This document shows, piece after piece, positions 18,933 to 28,299 of a stretch of DNA of 64,000 nucleotides. The notes below the pieces were generated by a model. It made no database searches and had not been told where the DNA came from. It saw only the letters and a list, made by a program, of their open reading frames with translations. The position numbers were made by a program, and so were the translations under genes. This stretch comes from an uncultured Parabacteroides sp. (GTDB lineage: Bacteria; Bacteroidota; Bacteroidia; Bacteroidales; Tannerellaceae). Location of the stretch: positions 24,920-88,919 of the forward strand of contig CALUZV010000011.1 of the NCBI GenBank assembly GCA_944325345.1. The letters are read 5' to 3'. Within the stretch, counting starts at the first letter, position 1. Each line of letters begins with the position of its first letter.

Positions 18933-19901
18933 ATGAAACGGATAATGTTTTACATGGCAGCTCTCATCTGCCTTACTTCTGTCTTTACCTCATGCAGCAA
19001 AGACGAAGAGAGTTTAGTAACGCCTTCGGGCGAGAAACTGGTTACACCGACCGTGCGTGCCGCACTCGACGAGCCGAACGGCCAAAGTCCCTTGACGGGC
19101 ATCTTGCAGGCCTATCCCTGCCAGTCGGAATCTTCTACGTTCTTCGGGAACTATGTGAACGGACGGCTTCTGCCGGTTTGTGCTACATATCACATCACCG
19201 ATGGGCACGTGAGTGGGACGAACAGTCCGCTTAGCCTTCCGGCGGGTTCTTACAATGTGGTTTATTGGGCAACCCCCAACTACGAAGAACCGACGTTCGA
19301 CAAGCCGGCTATTCACGAGCCGGGATTCAGCGAAGGAGTCGATGTCTCCACCCTCTATTTTTCTCTCCGCGAGAATCCGGGCGAAGATACGTACCGTCCG
19401 GTCTATGATTTAGTCCATGCCGTGCAGGAAACGCATACAGCAGAAGATTTCCAAGCTACGCTCCGCCGTGTGGTAGCTGGCCTGAAAGTTACCGTAACGC
19501 GGGACGACCGGGGTGCGTTCAGCTCCGAAATCAAAGGAATGCAAGTCCGTATCGGAAGCATTGCGGAAAAGCTAAACTTTTATACCGGGGAGCCGGAAAA
19601 CCAGACCAAGACCGTCAAGTTCGACCTCGAGCGTTCAACCGACGGCACCTCGATGAGCAACGCGACAGTCATGCTCTTCCCCTCGGCTCCGAATCCAATG
19701 CTCGAGTTGCGTATTACCCGCGCTGACGGCTCGGTCGAAACCCTTTCTCAGAACCTCACTTCGACACTTTCTGCCAACACGCGCCTTGCGCTGGCTATCG
19801 TCATCAAAGAGCGGTTTCCCGGAGGAAACACGGGCAAGTTTCTCATCGAAAATTGGCACGAAGAGCAGGAAACCATCGAGTTTACAGTGGACGCTTTATG
19901 A
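18933..19901 (+). CDS. Lipoprotein of unknown function (weak resemblance to Bacteroidales Mfa2/FimB-like fimbrial-fold lipoproteins)
   Basis: Signal peptide plus lipobox 'LTSVFTSC'. The sequence looks beta-rich. No neighbouring fimbrial genes are present. Confidence 0.5.
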   Translation: MKRIMFYMAALICLTSVFTSCSKDEESLVTPSGEKLVTPTVRAALDEPNGQSPLTGILQAYPCQSESSTFFGNYVNGRLLPVCATYHITDGHVSGTNSPLSLPAGSYNVVYWATPNYEEPTFDKPAIHEPGFSEGVDVSTLYFSLRENPGEDTYRPVYDLVHAVQETHTAEDFQATLRRVVAGLKVTVTRDDRGAFSSEIKGMQVRIGSIAEKLNFYTGEPENQTKTVKFDLERSTDGTSMSNATVMLFPSAPNPMLELRITRADGSVETLSQNLTSTLSANTRLALAIVIKERFPGGNTGKFLIENWHEEQETIEFTVDAL

Positions 19902-20480
19902 GGAAACCGGCACCATGCCAATTTCCTCGAACATCTTCCGGTAAACAGCGGCTTTCTCCGTGAGCGGCTTTGGGTAGGCTCGGGACGATGAGGGCATCCG
20001 ATACAAACGGAGCCGCCGTCCCCGCCACTCGAAGCCTTCGCTCGTCCCCACGGCCGGAGCCGGCATAGGCGGCAGGATGCTGAGGAGCGTGCTTGCCGCC
20101 TTTTCTCCCGTAACGACTATGGCCTGGCATCGGGGAATCTTCTCCAGCACCTCGTCGAGGTCGATGGGCGTAACGATTTCCAAATGCTTGTCCGAGGCGT
20201 TGCCCTTTTGCCGGACGACTTCCTGCCCCGTATCTCCCAAGGCAATGCCGCGCGTAAGGCAGAACGACTTCGCTTTCTCGAGGCTGAACTTGCGTGGCTT
20301 TTCGACGAAGAAATCCTTGTCGTCATAGAAAATCAATCCCATGATGCGCCACATATCGTTCTGGAAGTTCGGGTAGTAGAACTCCATCGACCAGCGCGTC
20401 CGGGGAGGCGGAAAACTCCCCAGCATCAGCAGCTGCGCGTTGGCCGGAAGGAAAAAACCGAGCGGATGTCTCTCTACCAT
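19896..20480 (-). CDS. Uracil-DNA glycosylase superfamily protein (family-6 hypoxanthine-DNA glycosylase-like)
   Basis: 'LMLGSFPPPRTRWSMEFYYPNFQNDMWRIMG' matches the GSFP...YY.P.N.FW signature; 194 aa. Confidence 0.7.
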   Translation of the reverse strand: MVERHPLGFFLPANAQLLMLGSFPPPRTRWSMEFYYPNFQNDMWRIMGLIFYDDKDFFVEKPRKFSLEKAKSFCLTRGIALGDTGQEVVRQKGNASDKHLEIVTPIDLDEVLEKIPRCQAIVVTGEKAASTLLSILPPMPAPAVGTSEGFEWRGRRLRLYRMPSSSRAYPKPLTEKAAVYRKMFEEIGMVPVSS

Positions 20481-20489
20481 ACGTTTGCC

Positions 20490-21137
20490 TCAGGCTTTCT
20501 TCTTGCGTTTCTCCTTCGCCTCGCGTTTCTGGTCTTCACGGGCCAGCAGGACGACATTGTAAACGAAATCCGTAATCCATTGTTCCGAATAACCTAAGCG
20601 GTTGGCATAGGTCCGGACGCTCCACGCAGCTTTCTGCACGCTGACGTCTTTCCACTCCGAACGGGTCATGATTTCGTGCACCGTCTTGACGGTCTGCCCA
20701 TAGAGCAATTTCTTGAAGAGGATGGCGAAACGGAACTTGAGCGACATCAACCCGCCCATCAAATTGAACAATTCCTGGCTGAATCCTTGGAATTGGATGA
20801 AATAGCTCTGGATATCCTGTGGCTTCTTGCAGCTCCGTTTCACCGACGCGTCCATCTCGTGGAAAAAGCTCTCGCCCAAGCCGTAATCCTGCATCAGGAC
20901 TTTCTTGACCCGTGCTTTCTCGGCCGCGCCCAGCTTGTTGTTCTGCGTCGGCACTTTCAGCATCTGTTTGAACAGTTTCAAGTCGGGCAAGATGTTCAAG
21001 TTCGTGATGCCAAGGTTCATGGCCATGATTGCCTGATAATAAACGCGTACGAGGGAAACGAACTCTTCCACCGACCCTTTCGTGGCTTCTGCTTCCGCCG
21101 CCGCTTCTTTCTGGAATAATTTTGTAATGAAATTCAT
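20490..21137 (-). CDS. Hypothetical protein with a lysine-rich C-terminus
   Basis: 215-aa ORF. It is tightly packed between murQ and the glycosylase gene (10-bp gap) and has its own -7 box. Confidence 0.55.
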   Translation of the reverse strand: MNFITKLFQKEAAAEAEATKGSVEEFVSLVRVYYQAIMAMNLGITNLNILPDLKLFKQMLKVPTQNNKLGAAEKARVKKVLMQDYGLGESFFHEMDASVKRSCKKPQDIQSYFIQFQGFSQELFNLMGGLMSLKFRFAILFKKLLYGQTVKTVHEIMTRSEWKDVSVQKAAWSVRTYANRLGYSEQWITDFVYNVVLLAREDQKREAKEKRKKKA

Positions 21138-21176
21138 CGTATCTTCTTGTTTTGAATATTAGTTTGTAAAACGCGG

Positions 21177-21184
21177 CAAAGGTA
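21177..21184 (-). promoter_or_regulatory. -7 box (TACCTTTG)
   Basis: 40 nt upstream of the 21137 start. Confidence 0.4.
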
Positions 21185-21213
21185 ATGAAAAAAGTGCGAA
21201 AAATCACCGCCCT

Positions 21214-22044
21214 TCATTGGTTCAGCCGCCATTCGTGGGGATAGTTGTCCAGCACTTCGCTGACCGAGCCGTGCAGCAGGAGCAGCCGCCGCGCCTCTTC
21301 CTCGCCCAGCCCCAATTCGGCCTGCAACATCCGCGTGCCCCGGTCCACCAGCTTTTGGTTCGTGAGTTGCATGTTTACCATACGGTTTCCCCGCACCCGA
21401 CCGAGGCGAATCATCGTCGCCGTGCTAATCATGTTGAGAACCATCTTTTGCGCCGTGCCGCTTTTCATGCGGGTGCTGCCGGTTACAAACTCTGGTCCGA
21501 CGATAGGCTCGATGGCGATGTCGGCCTCTGCCGCCATGGGAGAATCGGGATTACAAGCGATGGCCGCCGTCAGGATTCCCCGTCGCCGGGCTTCGCGCAA
21601 AGCCCCTATCACGTATGGCGTCCGGCCGGATGCGGCGATGCCGACGACGGTGTCGAGCTCCGAGATTCCGCGTGCTTCCAGCTCTTGCCAGCCCCGCTCG
21701 GCGTCGTCTTCTGCGGCCTCGACGGGATGGCGCAACGCTCGGTCGCCGCCTGCGATGAGGCCGACTACCCACGTGTCGGGGACACCGAATGTCGGAGGCA
21801 GTTCGGAGGCATCGAGCACGCCGAGTCGCCCGCTGGTTCCGGCTCCGAGGTAAAACAGGCGTCCGCCCCGCTGCATCCGGGGGACGAGGGCCTCGACCAG
21901 CTTCTCTATCGCCGGCAGGACGCGGCGGACGGCAAGGGCGATTTTCTGATCTTCGCGGTTGATGTTATCAAGGATTTCGCTGACCGGCATCCGGTCTAAG
22001 TCGCGATAGTAGGATTCGGATTCTGTTATTTTTTCAAATGCCAT
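21214..22044 (-). CDS. murQ: N-acetylmuramic acid 6-phosphate etherase
   Basis: SIS domain 'LGAGTSGRLGVLDASE'; 276 aa. Confidence 0.9.
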   Translation of the reverse strand: MAFEKITESESYYRDLDRMPVSEILDNINREDQKIALAVRRVLPAIEKLVEALVPRMQRGGRLFYLGAGTSGRLGVLDASELPPTFGVPDTWVVGLIAGGDRALRHPVEAAEDDAERGWQELEARGISELDTVVGIAASGRTPYVIGALREARRRGILTAAIACNPDSPMAAEADIAIEPIVGPEFVTGSTRMKSGTAQKMVLNMISTATMIRLGRVRGNRMVNMQLTNQKLVDRGTRMLQAELGLGEEEARRLLLLHGSVSEVLDNYPHEWRLNQ

Positions 22045-22088
22045 CTGGAAAATTTGGAATGGTGAATTATGAATGATGAATTATATGA

Positions 22089-22226
22089 GCGTAGCCCTAC
22101 GAAAACGCGCTGCCGTCGGCGGGAAGCTTTCGTACCCCTACGAAACGCTGCTGCCGTCAGCAGGAGGCTTTCGTACCCCTACGAAACGTCGCTGCCGTCG
22201 GCGGGAGGTTTTCGTACCCCTACGCC
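22089..22226. repeat. 41-bp tandem units carrying the hairpin TTTCGTA-CCCC-TACGAAA plus a GC-rich dyad
   Basis: TTTCGTACCCC occurs at 22128/22169/22210, with a degenerate copy at about 22090. The second element is CTGCTG-CCGT-CAGCAG or GCCG-T-CGGC. Confidence 0.85.
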
Positions 22227-22269
22227 AGTATATTTTTCTCGTTTTATTCATATAATATAAGGTATAGCG

Positions 22270-23115
22270 TCATTTTTCGGGGGCATGGAAACGGATGAGG
22301 CCGTCCATCGGGTCGCGCACGACGTTCCCGAGGCGGATACCCACCGACGCAGCTGCCTCAGCCAGCACCGGGCGGTAGTAGTAGGCCACCGAGCCGGTGA
22401 AATGGACCGGCAGGCGGTTGTATCCCTCGTATGCCATCACATTGCGGCGGAAAAAACTTTGGAAACTGCCGAAGACGATGCGCCGGACTTCGGGCACATC
22501 CAGATGCCGGGCCAAGAACGGCGAGAGGCTGGCGAGGAACCGGTTGGGGAAGGGTTGCCGGTAAACGCGGTCGAGGATTATCTGCGGCGTCAAGCGATAT
22601 TCCTCCAGGAAGCGGCGCGAAATTTCCGGGGGAAGCTGCCCCTTCAGGCAGTCCCCTACCAAAAGTTTGCCCAAGACAGCCCCGCTCCCTTCGTCGCCAA
22701 GGATAAAGCCGAGGGGCGAGACCTGTTGCCGGATGCTGCGTCCATCGTATAGGCATGAATTCGAGCCCGTCCCGAGGATACAGGCGATTCCCGCCTCGTC
22801 TCCGCAGAGGGAATGCGCGGCGCCGACGAGGTCGCTCTCGACACGGACATCCGCCCCGTTCCAGAGTGAAAGTACAGCGCGGCGCACTGCTTCCGTCTGC
22901 GCGGGGAAAGCACAGCCGGCTCCGTAGAAGAAAACCTGCGTGATGGCAAAACCTTCTAGGCCGGGGAGCAATTCCTCGGCGAGGAGCCGCCGCATTTCCT
23001 CCTCCGACTGGAAAAACGGGTTCATCCCGCCCGTCAGCCTCTGCGCCACGGCGGAACCCTTGTCGGCCACGCACCAAGTCGTCTTGGTCGAGCCGCTATC
23101 AGCGATTAGTTGCAT
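22270..23115 (-). CDS. BadF/BadG/BcrA/BcrD-type ATPase (N-acetylglucosamine kinase-like)
   Basis: 'MQLIADSGSTKTTW' and 'ILGTGSN'. I chose the start at ATG 23115. The track's 5' extension crosses the divergent promoter region. Confidence 0.75.
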   Translation of the reverse strand: MQLIADSGSTKTTWCVADKGSAVAQRLTGGMNPFFQSEEEMRRLLAEELLPGLEGFAITQVFFYGAGCAFPAQTEAVRRAVLSLWNGADVRVESDLVGAAHSLCGDEAGIACILGTGSNSCLYDGRSIRQQVSPLGFILGDEGSGAVLGKLLVGDCLKGQLPPEISRRFLEEYRLTPQIILDRVYRQPFPNRFLASLSPFLARHLDVPEVRRIVFGSFQSFFRRNVMAYEGYNRLPVHFTGSVAYYYRPVLAEAAASVGIRLGNVVRDPMDGLIRFHAPEK

Positions 23116-23138
23116 AGTATTGTGAAGATAAAGCGGGG

Positions 23139-23146
23139 CAAAGGTA
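23139..23146 (-). promoter_or_regulatory. -7 box (TACCTTTG)
   Basis: 24 nt upstream of the 23115 start. Confidence 0.45.
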
Positions 23147-23166
23147 GGGATTCGTGGGAAAATATC

Positions 23167-23174
23167 TATCTTTG
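23167..23174 (+). promoter_or_regulatory. -7 box (TATCTTTG)
   Basis: 26 nt upstream of the 23200 start. Confidence 0.45.
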
Positions 23175-23199
23175 CGGGCAAGAAATCGGGGGGAAAGAT

Positions 23200-23631
23200 A
23201 TGGCGAAGAAAGAACAAGACATACGGTGGCAGCAACGCTTTTCGAATTATCGGAAAGCCCTCGCCCGGCTGACGCAGGCTGTAGAAATCATGCAGCAGCA
23301 CGAGACGGCAGGAAACGAGCTGGAGGCTCTGCTGCAAGAAGGTTTAATCCAGCGCTTTGAATATACGCACGAGTTGGCTTGGAAAGTCATGAAGGATTAT
23401 GCCGAGTACCAAGGATATACGGATATACGAGGCTCGCGCGACGCTATCCGGAAGGCGCTCGAGATGGGATTGATTGACGATCGGCGCTGGATGGAATCCA
23501 TCGAAGACCGCAACCTGACCTCGCACAATTACGATGACGAGACGGCGGAAGAAATCTATGAGAGTATCGTGCGCGTCTATCATCCTCTTTTCTGCCGCTT
23601 CGAGGCGGCCATGCTTGCGATTCCCGAATGA
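23200..23631 (+). CDS. HEPN-domain protein, HI0074-type 'nucleotidyltransferase substrate-binding' family (putative toxin)
   Basis: 'RFEYTHELAWKVMKDY' and an R-x4-H motif 'RNLTSH'. I chose the start at MAKKEQD (ATG 23200). Confidence 0.8.
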   Translation: MAKKEQDIRWQQRFSNYRKALARLTQAVEIMQQHETAGNELEALLQEGLIQRFEYTHELAWKVMKDYAEYQGYTDIRGSRDAIRKALEMGLIDDRRWMESIEDRNLTSHNYDDETAEEIYESIVRVYHPLFCRFEAAMLAIPE

Positions 23632-23646
23632 AAAACGGAGGGTTTT

Positions 23647-24045
23647 ATGTACGGACTGACAACTTTGGAATGGGAAACCCTGCGGAAAATATTCGCCCGG
23701 AACGAACGCATCGAACAGGTCGTCTTGTACGGCTCGCGGGCTAAAGGCACGCACAAGCCTTTCTCGGATGTCGATTTGACGCTGTTCGGCGAGCGATTGA
23801 CACGGCAGGACTTGAATCATTTGGCGGAAGCCCTCGATGAATCCTTCTTGCCATACCATTTTGATATTTCCCTCTTCAGGACTTTGAAAAACGAAGCATT
23901 GAAGGAGCACATCCACCGAATAGGCAAGCCCGTCTATCAGCGGCAAGAATCTCCCCGCGAGGGGTTGCAAACTTCGTCCGCTTGTCGTACCTTTGCCTCC
24001 CCAAATGAAAGAGACAAGCAAGATGAGAACAATCCAATTAAATGA
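23647..24045 (+). CDS. Minimal nucleotidyltransferase (MNT) domain protein (putative antitoxin)
   Basis: 'LYGSRAKGTHKPFSDVDL' fits the G-S-x9-11-D-x-D motif. About 32 aa of low-similarity C-terminal extension overlaps the hpt start. Confidence 0.8.
   Translation: MYGLTTLEWETLRKIFARNERIEQVVLYGSRAKGTHKPFSDVDLTLFGERLTRQDLNHLAEALDESFLPYHFDISLFRTLKNEALKEHIHRIGKPVYQRQESPREGLQTSSACRTFASPNERDKQDENNPIK
23988..23995 (+). promoter_or_regulatory. -7 box (TACCTTTG) for hpt, embedded in the 3' end of the MNT ORF
   Basis: 28 nt upstream of ATG 24023. Confidence 0.4.
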
Positions 24046-24586
24046 TAAGACTTTCGAGCTGTTTATCCCTGAGGCACAGATTCAGGAGGCAGTCGAGGAA
24101 GTAGCTTGGCAAATCAAGGCCGACTTGGGCCTTGCCGACGTGGAAGAGCAGGACGTGCTGTTCGTCTGTATGCTGAACGGTGCGTTTATGTTTGCATCCG
24201 AGCTGATGAAGGCCATAGACGGCCCGTATCGCTTGGCTTTTGCCCGTTATTCGTCGTACGAAGGGCTGGCAAGTACCGGCGTGCTGCACGAGGTGATGCC
24301 CGTCGTCGATGATGTGGAAGGCAAGACGGTTTTCCTCGTGGAAGACCTGATTGACACCGGTTTTACGATGGAATGCATGAAACGCATGATGGAGGAACGT
24401 GGCGCCAAGGAAGTCAAGATTGTCGCCATGCTTTTCAAGCCGGAAGCCCTGAAGTGCGAGCTGGAGCCGGATTATATCGGCTTAAATATCGCTCCGGACT
24501 TCATCGTCGGCCACGGTTTGGATTACGACGGTCTGGGCCGCGCCTACAAAGACATTTATAAGTTGAAAACAGAAGTTTATTCCTAA
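24023..24586 (+). CDS. hpt: Hypoxanthine phosphoribosyltransferase
   Basis: PRPP loop 'VFLVEDLIDTGFT'. I chose the start at MRTIQLND. Confidence 0.9.
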   Translation: MRTIQLNDKTFELFIPEAQIQEAVEEVAWQIKADLGLADVEEQDVLFVCMLNGAFMFASELMKAIDGPYRLAFARYSSYEGLASTGVLHEVMPVVDDVEGKTVFLVEDLIDTGFTMECMKRMMEERGAKEVKIVAMLFKPEALKCELEPDYIGLNIAPDFIVGHGLDYDGLGRAYKDIYKLKTEVYS

Positions 24587-24602
24587 TATAAGAAGAAATA
24601 AT

Positions 24603-25178
24603 ATGTTGAATATCGTTATTTTCGGTGCTCCGGGTTCCGGCAAAGGGACGCAGAGCGAGTTGATTATCAAAGAGTATGGTTTGGACCACATTTCGACGGG
24701 CGACGTGCTCCGCGCTGAAATGAAGAACGAAACCGAGTTAGGCAAGATCGCCAAGGATTATATCGAGAAGGGCCAGCTGGTTCCCGACGACCTTATCGTC
24801 AATATGTTGGCAAAAGTCCTCGACAGCAAGGAAAATTCCAAAGGCGTTATCTTCGACGGCTTCCCCCGCACCATCCCGCAGGCAAAAGCCCTCAAAGCCA
24901 TGCTCAACGAGCGCGGTACGGACGTTTCCGTCATGCTCAACCTGCAAGTCGATGAAGATGAACTGGTGAAGCGCCTCCTCGAGCGTGGCAAGATTTCCGG
25001 CCGCTCGGATGATAACCTCGAGACCATCAAGTCCCGCCTCGAAGTCTATCACAAGCAGACTGCGCCGTTGGCAGACTATTATATCGGCGAGGGCAAGCAC
25101 GTGGCCATTCACGGCATGGGCTCCATCGAAGAAATCTTCGGCCGTATCAAAGACGCTATCAATGCTGTAAATAAATAA
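24603..25178 (+). CDS. adk: Adenylate kinase
   Basis: P-loop '[10 protein letters not shown]'; 191 aa, short-lid type. Confidence 0.93.
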   Translation: MLNIVIFGAPGSGKGTQSELIIKEYGLDHISTGDVLRAEMKNETELGKIAKDYIEKGQLVPDDLIVNMLAKVLDSKENSKGVIFDGFPRTIPQAKALKAMLNERGTDVSVMLNLQVDEDELVKRLLERGKISGRSDDNLETIKSRLEVYHKQTAPLADYYIGEGKHVAIHGMGSIEEIFGRIKDAINAVNK

Positions 25179-25189
25179 TCCTTCGCAAC

Positions 25190-26377
25190 GTGGCTGATTC
25201 CAACTTTGTAGATTACGTAAAGATTTATTGCCGTTCGGGTAAAGGCGGGCGCGGCTCCTCCCATTTCCGCCGTGCGAAGTACCTCCCGAAGGGCGGTCCC
25301 GACGGCGGCAACGGCGGCAGGGGCGGCCATATCTATTTGCGCGGAAACCGCAACTATTGGACACTTCTCCACCTCAAGTTCGAGCGGCATATCCTTGCCA
25401 CGAACGGCGAAAGCGGCGGAGCCAAGCGCAGCTTCGGCAAAGACGGCGAGGACCGCGTCATCGAAGTGCCCTGCGGTACGGTGGTCTATGATGCGGAAAC
25501 GGGCGAGTTTATTTGCGATGTTACGGAGGACGGACAGCAAGTTATGCTCCTCAAAGGCGGACGCGGCGGTCTGGGAAACTGGAATTTCCGGACGGCAACG
25601 AATCAAGCCCCGCGTTACGCCCAGCCCGGCGAACCTGCCCAGGAGCGGACGGTTATTCTCCAGCTGAAGCTCTTGGCCGACGTCGGTCTCGTGGGCTTTC
25701 CCAACGCCGGGAAGTCCACCCTCCTTTCCGTCGTCTCCGCTGCCAAACCGAAGATTGCCAACTATCCGTTTACCACGCTCGAGCCGAACCTCGGCATCGT
25801 GAGCTATCGCGACCACCGCTCTTTCGTCATGGCGGATATCCCCGGCATCATCGAGGGCGCCAGCGAGGGGAGGGGCCTGGGTTTGCGCTTCCTCCGTCAT
25901 ATCGAGCGGAATTCCTTGTTGCTTTTCATGGTTCCGGCGGACGCGGATGATATTCGACGGGAATATGCCATCCTCGACGGCGAACTGGTGAAGTACAACC
26001 CGGATTTGGCGACGAAGCCTCGCGTCCTGGCCATCACGAAGTGCGACATGCTCGACGAGGAGCTAATCGAGGAAATGCGTCGCGAATTGCCCGACGGCAT
26101 CCCCGCCGTCTTCATTTCCTCCATCACGCAGCTGGGAATTACCGAACTGAAGGATTTGCTTTGGAAAGAATTGAACCGCGAGACTTTCCACGAGGTCGAG
26201 CGTATCGTCCACAAGAACATCGACGTCTCCCAGCTTCCGGCCGACGAGGACGACGACTTTATCATCCCCGTGGCCGACGAGGACGACGATTTCGTGGATT
26301 ACGAAGACTACGACGACTGGGATGAGGATGACGACGATGAAGACAACCCCGACAACCCATCTTCTCCCAACGCCTGA
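25190..26377 (+). CDS. obg: GTPase Obg/CgtA with an acidic C-terminal extension
   Basis: Glycine-rich Obg fold 'GGRGG' and G motifs 'GFPNAGKST', 'DIPG', 'TKCD'. GTG start at 25190. Confidence 0.93.
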   Translation: MADSNFVDYVKIYCRSGKGGRGSSHFRRAKYLPKGGPDGGNGGRGGHIYLRGNRNYWTLLHLKFERHILATNGESGGAKRSFGKDGEDRVIEVPCGTVVYDAETGEFICDVTEDGQQVMLLKGGRGGLGNWNFRTATNQAPRYAQPGEPAQERTVILQLKLLADVGLVGFPNAGKSTLLSVVSAAKPKIANYPFTTLEPNLGIVSYRDHRSFVMADIPGIIEGASEGRGLGLRFLRHIERNSLLLFMVPADADDIRREYAILDGELVKYNPDLATKPRVLAITKCDMLDEELIEEMRRELPDGIPAVFISSITQLGITELKDLLWKELNRETFHEVERIVHKNIDVSQLPADEDDDFIIPVADEDDDFVDYEDYDDWDEDDDDEDNPDNPSSPNA

Positions 26378-27182
26378 CGCGGAAATGTTGCAACTGAACG
26401 GCCTCGCCCGCTGTTGCAACATTTCTCATTTTATAACTACGCGCCGGGGCGGTGTCAGCACGGGCGCTTACGCCTCCATGAATCCGGGGGCCTTTGCGGG
26501 CGACAATCCGGCTGCCGTCCGCGAAAACCGCCGCCGTCTGGCGCATGTCATGGGCTTCCGCGTGGAAAGCCTTTTCGTCGCCGAGCAAGTCCACGGCGCC
26601 GTCGTCCGGGTCTTGGACGATACCTTCCTTTCCCTATCTCCTTCGGAAAAATCGAGCTGTTTGCAGGGCGTGGACGGACTGATTACCAACGTCCCCGGCA
26701 TCTGCGTCGCGGTTACGACGGCCGACTGCGTGCCGGTGCTGCTCTATTCGCCGGAGACGGAAACGGTCGCCGCGATACACGCCGGTTGGCGCGGAACGGT
26801 GAAAAACATCGTGGGCGTGGCAGTCGGCGAGATGGTCCGCCGCTTTGGTTGCCGGCCGGAGCGGATGTTGGCGGCGATAGGCCCCTCCATCAGCCGGGAA
26901 GCCTTCGAAGTGGGCGACGAGGTGCTCCGCGCTTTTGCCGCCTCCGGCAATTGGAGCGACGGCGAAATCTCCCGCCTCTCGTGCCGCAATCCGCTGACGC
27001 ATAAGGCGCATATCGACCTTTGGCTCGCCAACAGCCTTCTCTTGGAGAAAGCCGGCCTTATCGCTCGGAACATCGAGGTCGCCGGCATCTGCACCTATTC
27101 CAACCCCGAAGATTTCTTCTCGGCGCGGCGTCTCGGCGTCCGGAGCGGGCGGATTCTCACGGGTATCCTACTCCGCGAATAA
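26337..27182 (+). CDS. pgeF: Peptidoglycan editing factor PgeF (YfiH/DUF152 family)
   Basis: '[13 protein letters not shown]' and 'HAGWRG'. The start is ambiguous: ATG 26337 overlaps the obg tail, and ATG 26385 is the alternative. Confidence 0.8.
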   Translation: MKTTPTTHLLPTPDAEMLQLNGLARCCNISHFITTRRGGVSTGAYASMNPGAFAGDNPAAVRENRRRLAHVMGFRVESLFVAEQVHGAVVRVLDDTFLSLSPSEKSSCLQGVDGLITNVPGICVAVTTADCVPVLLYSPETETVAAIHAGWRGTVKNIVGVAVGEMVRRFGCRPERMLAAIGPSISREAFEVGDEVLRAFAASGNWSDGEISRLSCRNPLTHKAHIDLWLANSLLLEKAGLIARNIEVAGICTYSNPEDFFSARRLGVRSGRILTGILLRE

Positions 27183-27214
27183 TCCCGTAGGACTTATCCC
27201 ATGTTTTTCAAGAC

Positions 27215-27260
27215 AAAAAAAGAGGCCTCCCGATTCAGCGCGTTCGGGAGACCTCTTTCC
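27215..27260. terminator. Bidirectional terminator between convergent genes
   Basis: AAAAAAA-GAGGcCTCCCGA-ttcagcgcgt-TCGGGAGaCCTC-TTT. Confidence 0.6.
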
Positions 27261-27285
27261 ATTGATTACTTTACCTCATGGTGCA

Positions 27286-28218
27286 TCACTGCACGACCGG
27301 ACGGTCGTCGTCTTCCTGTCCGCCAGGTTGTTCGTCCGGATTTTCCGGAGTCTCGTCCGGCGTGTCGGTCGGCTGGTCCGGAGTTTCAGAAGGGTTGTCC
27401 GGTGTGTCGGTCGGCTCTTCCGGCGTCTCGTCGGTATCGTCCGAGTCGTCGTCGCCGCGCGATTCGCGGTTTTTCAACGTCTTCTGTTGTTTTTCAATGT
27501 GCTTGTTTACAACAGCAATGAAATCCTTATAATTCTCGTCGCCTTCGACCTCGACGAGCATGTTAATCATATTGACCAGCGAGCGGTAGGCGTTGTCGGC
27601 CTCCTTTCGCGATTGTTTGATGATACCGACGTTGAGGGCCGCCTCTTCCGCCGCTTTCTGCTTCACCAGCTGGACGAACTTGTCGTTTTCGGTGCGGAGG
27701 CGTTCATTCCATTCATCGATACCCATTTCCGTACGTTCTTCCTCCGGCATAGCCTCCAGTTCCTGCAGCGTGTTGTGAATCACACCGCTTTCTTCCGTCT
27801 GCGTGAGCGACGTCGGGTTCCCGTACTTATCCAAAATATCCTTCGTCTTTGATGCGAGCGCGACGACCTCGCTTCTCGGATGCATCAGCAACGCTTTCAC
27901 ATAACTGCTCAAACCTCTCCAAGCATAGTCGCGTGCTTCGTCAGCTTGCGAAACTGCTGCGCTGGAAGGGGCTTGCGAGTCGCCTTTCAGTGCGGCATCG
28001 AAATTTTCGTGTGCCGTTTTGAAAGTCTCGACCTTCGTCTTCAGGGCCTCGGCAAACGGCGAGTCCAGCGCGCTCTGGACTACCGGGAGGTCCTCGTCGC
28101 CGCCTCCGCTTTCCGTTTCCAGCTTCAGGCGGGGCGTCTCGGCCACCACCAACTGTTGAAAACCGAAATCTTCTTCGACGTGGAGGCGAGTTAATGCTAA
28201 CTGTTTAATTTTAGTCAT
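27286..28218 (-). CDS. Uncharacterised protein, paralog B (310 aa), with a long (T/S)(D/E)TP(D/E)-rich acidic tail ending DDRPVVQ
   Basis: Same conserved blocks as 13860..14687. I chose the start at MTKIKQL (ATG 28218); the track start at 28224 is a TTG. Confidence 0.7.
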   Translation of the reverse strand: MTKIKQLALTRLHVEEDFGFQQLVVAETPRLKLETESGGGDEDLPVVQSALDSPFAEALKTKVETFKTAHENFDAALKGDSQAPSSAAVSQADEARDYAWRGLSSYVKALLMHPRSEVVALASKTKDILDKYGNPTSLTQTEESGVIHNTLQELEAMPEEERTEMGIDEWNERLRTENDKFVQLVKQKAAEEAALNVGIIKQSRKEADNAYRSLVNMINMLVEVEGDENYKDFIAVVNKHIEKQQKTLKNRESRGDDDSDDTDETPEEPTDTPDNPSETPDQPTDTPDETPENPDEQPGGQEDDDRPVVQ

Positions 28219-28299
28219 AGACAATTCCCTTTTTGGTAAAACAACAAATTATCGGTCGTAAAGGTAGGTAATTTCATTGAGAGGAAAATATTTTTCTAT

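Noticed and set aside
25190-27182. The acidic Obg tail overlapping the pgeF start could indicate a frameshift or a gene fusion.
   Set aside because: Both reading frames are intact with their own stops. Acidic C-terminal extensions are common in Obg proteins. The overlap depends only on which pgeF ATG is used (26337 or 26385).
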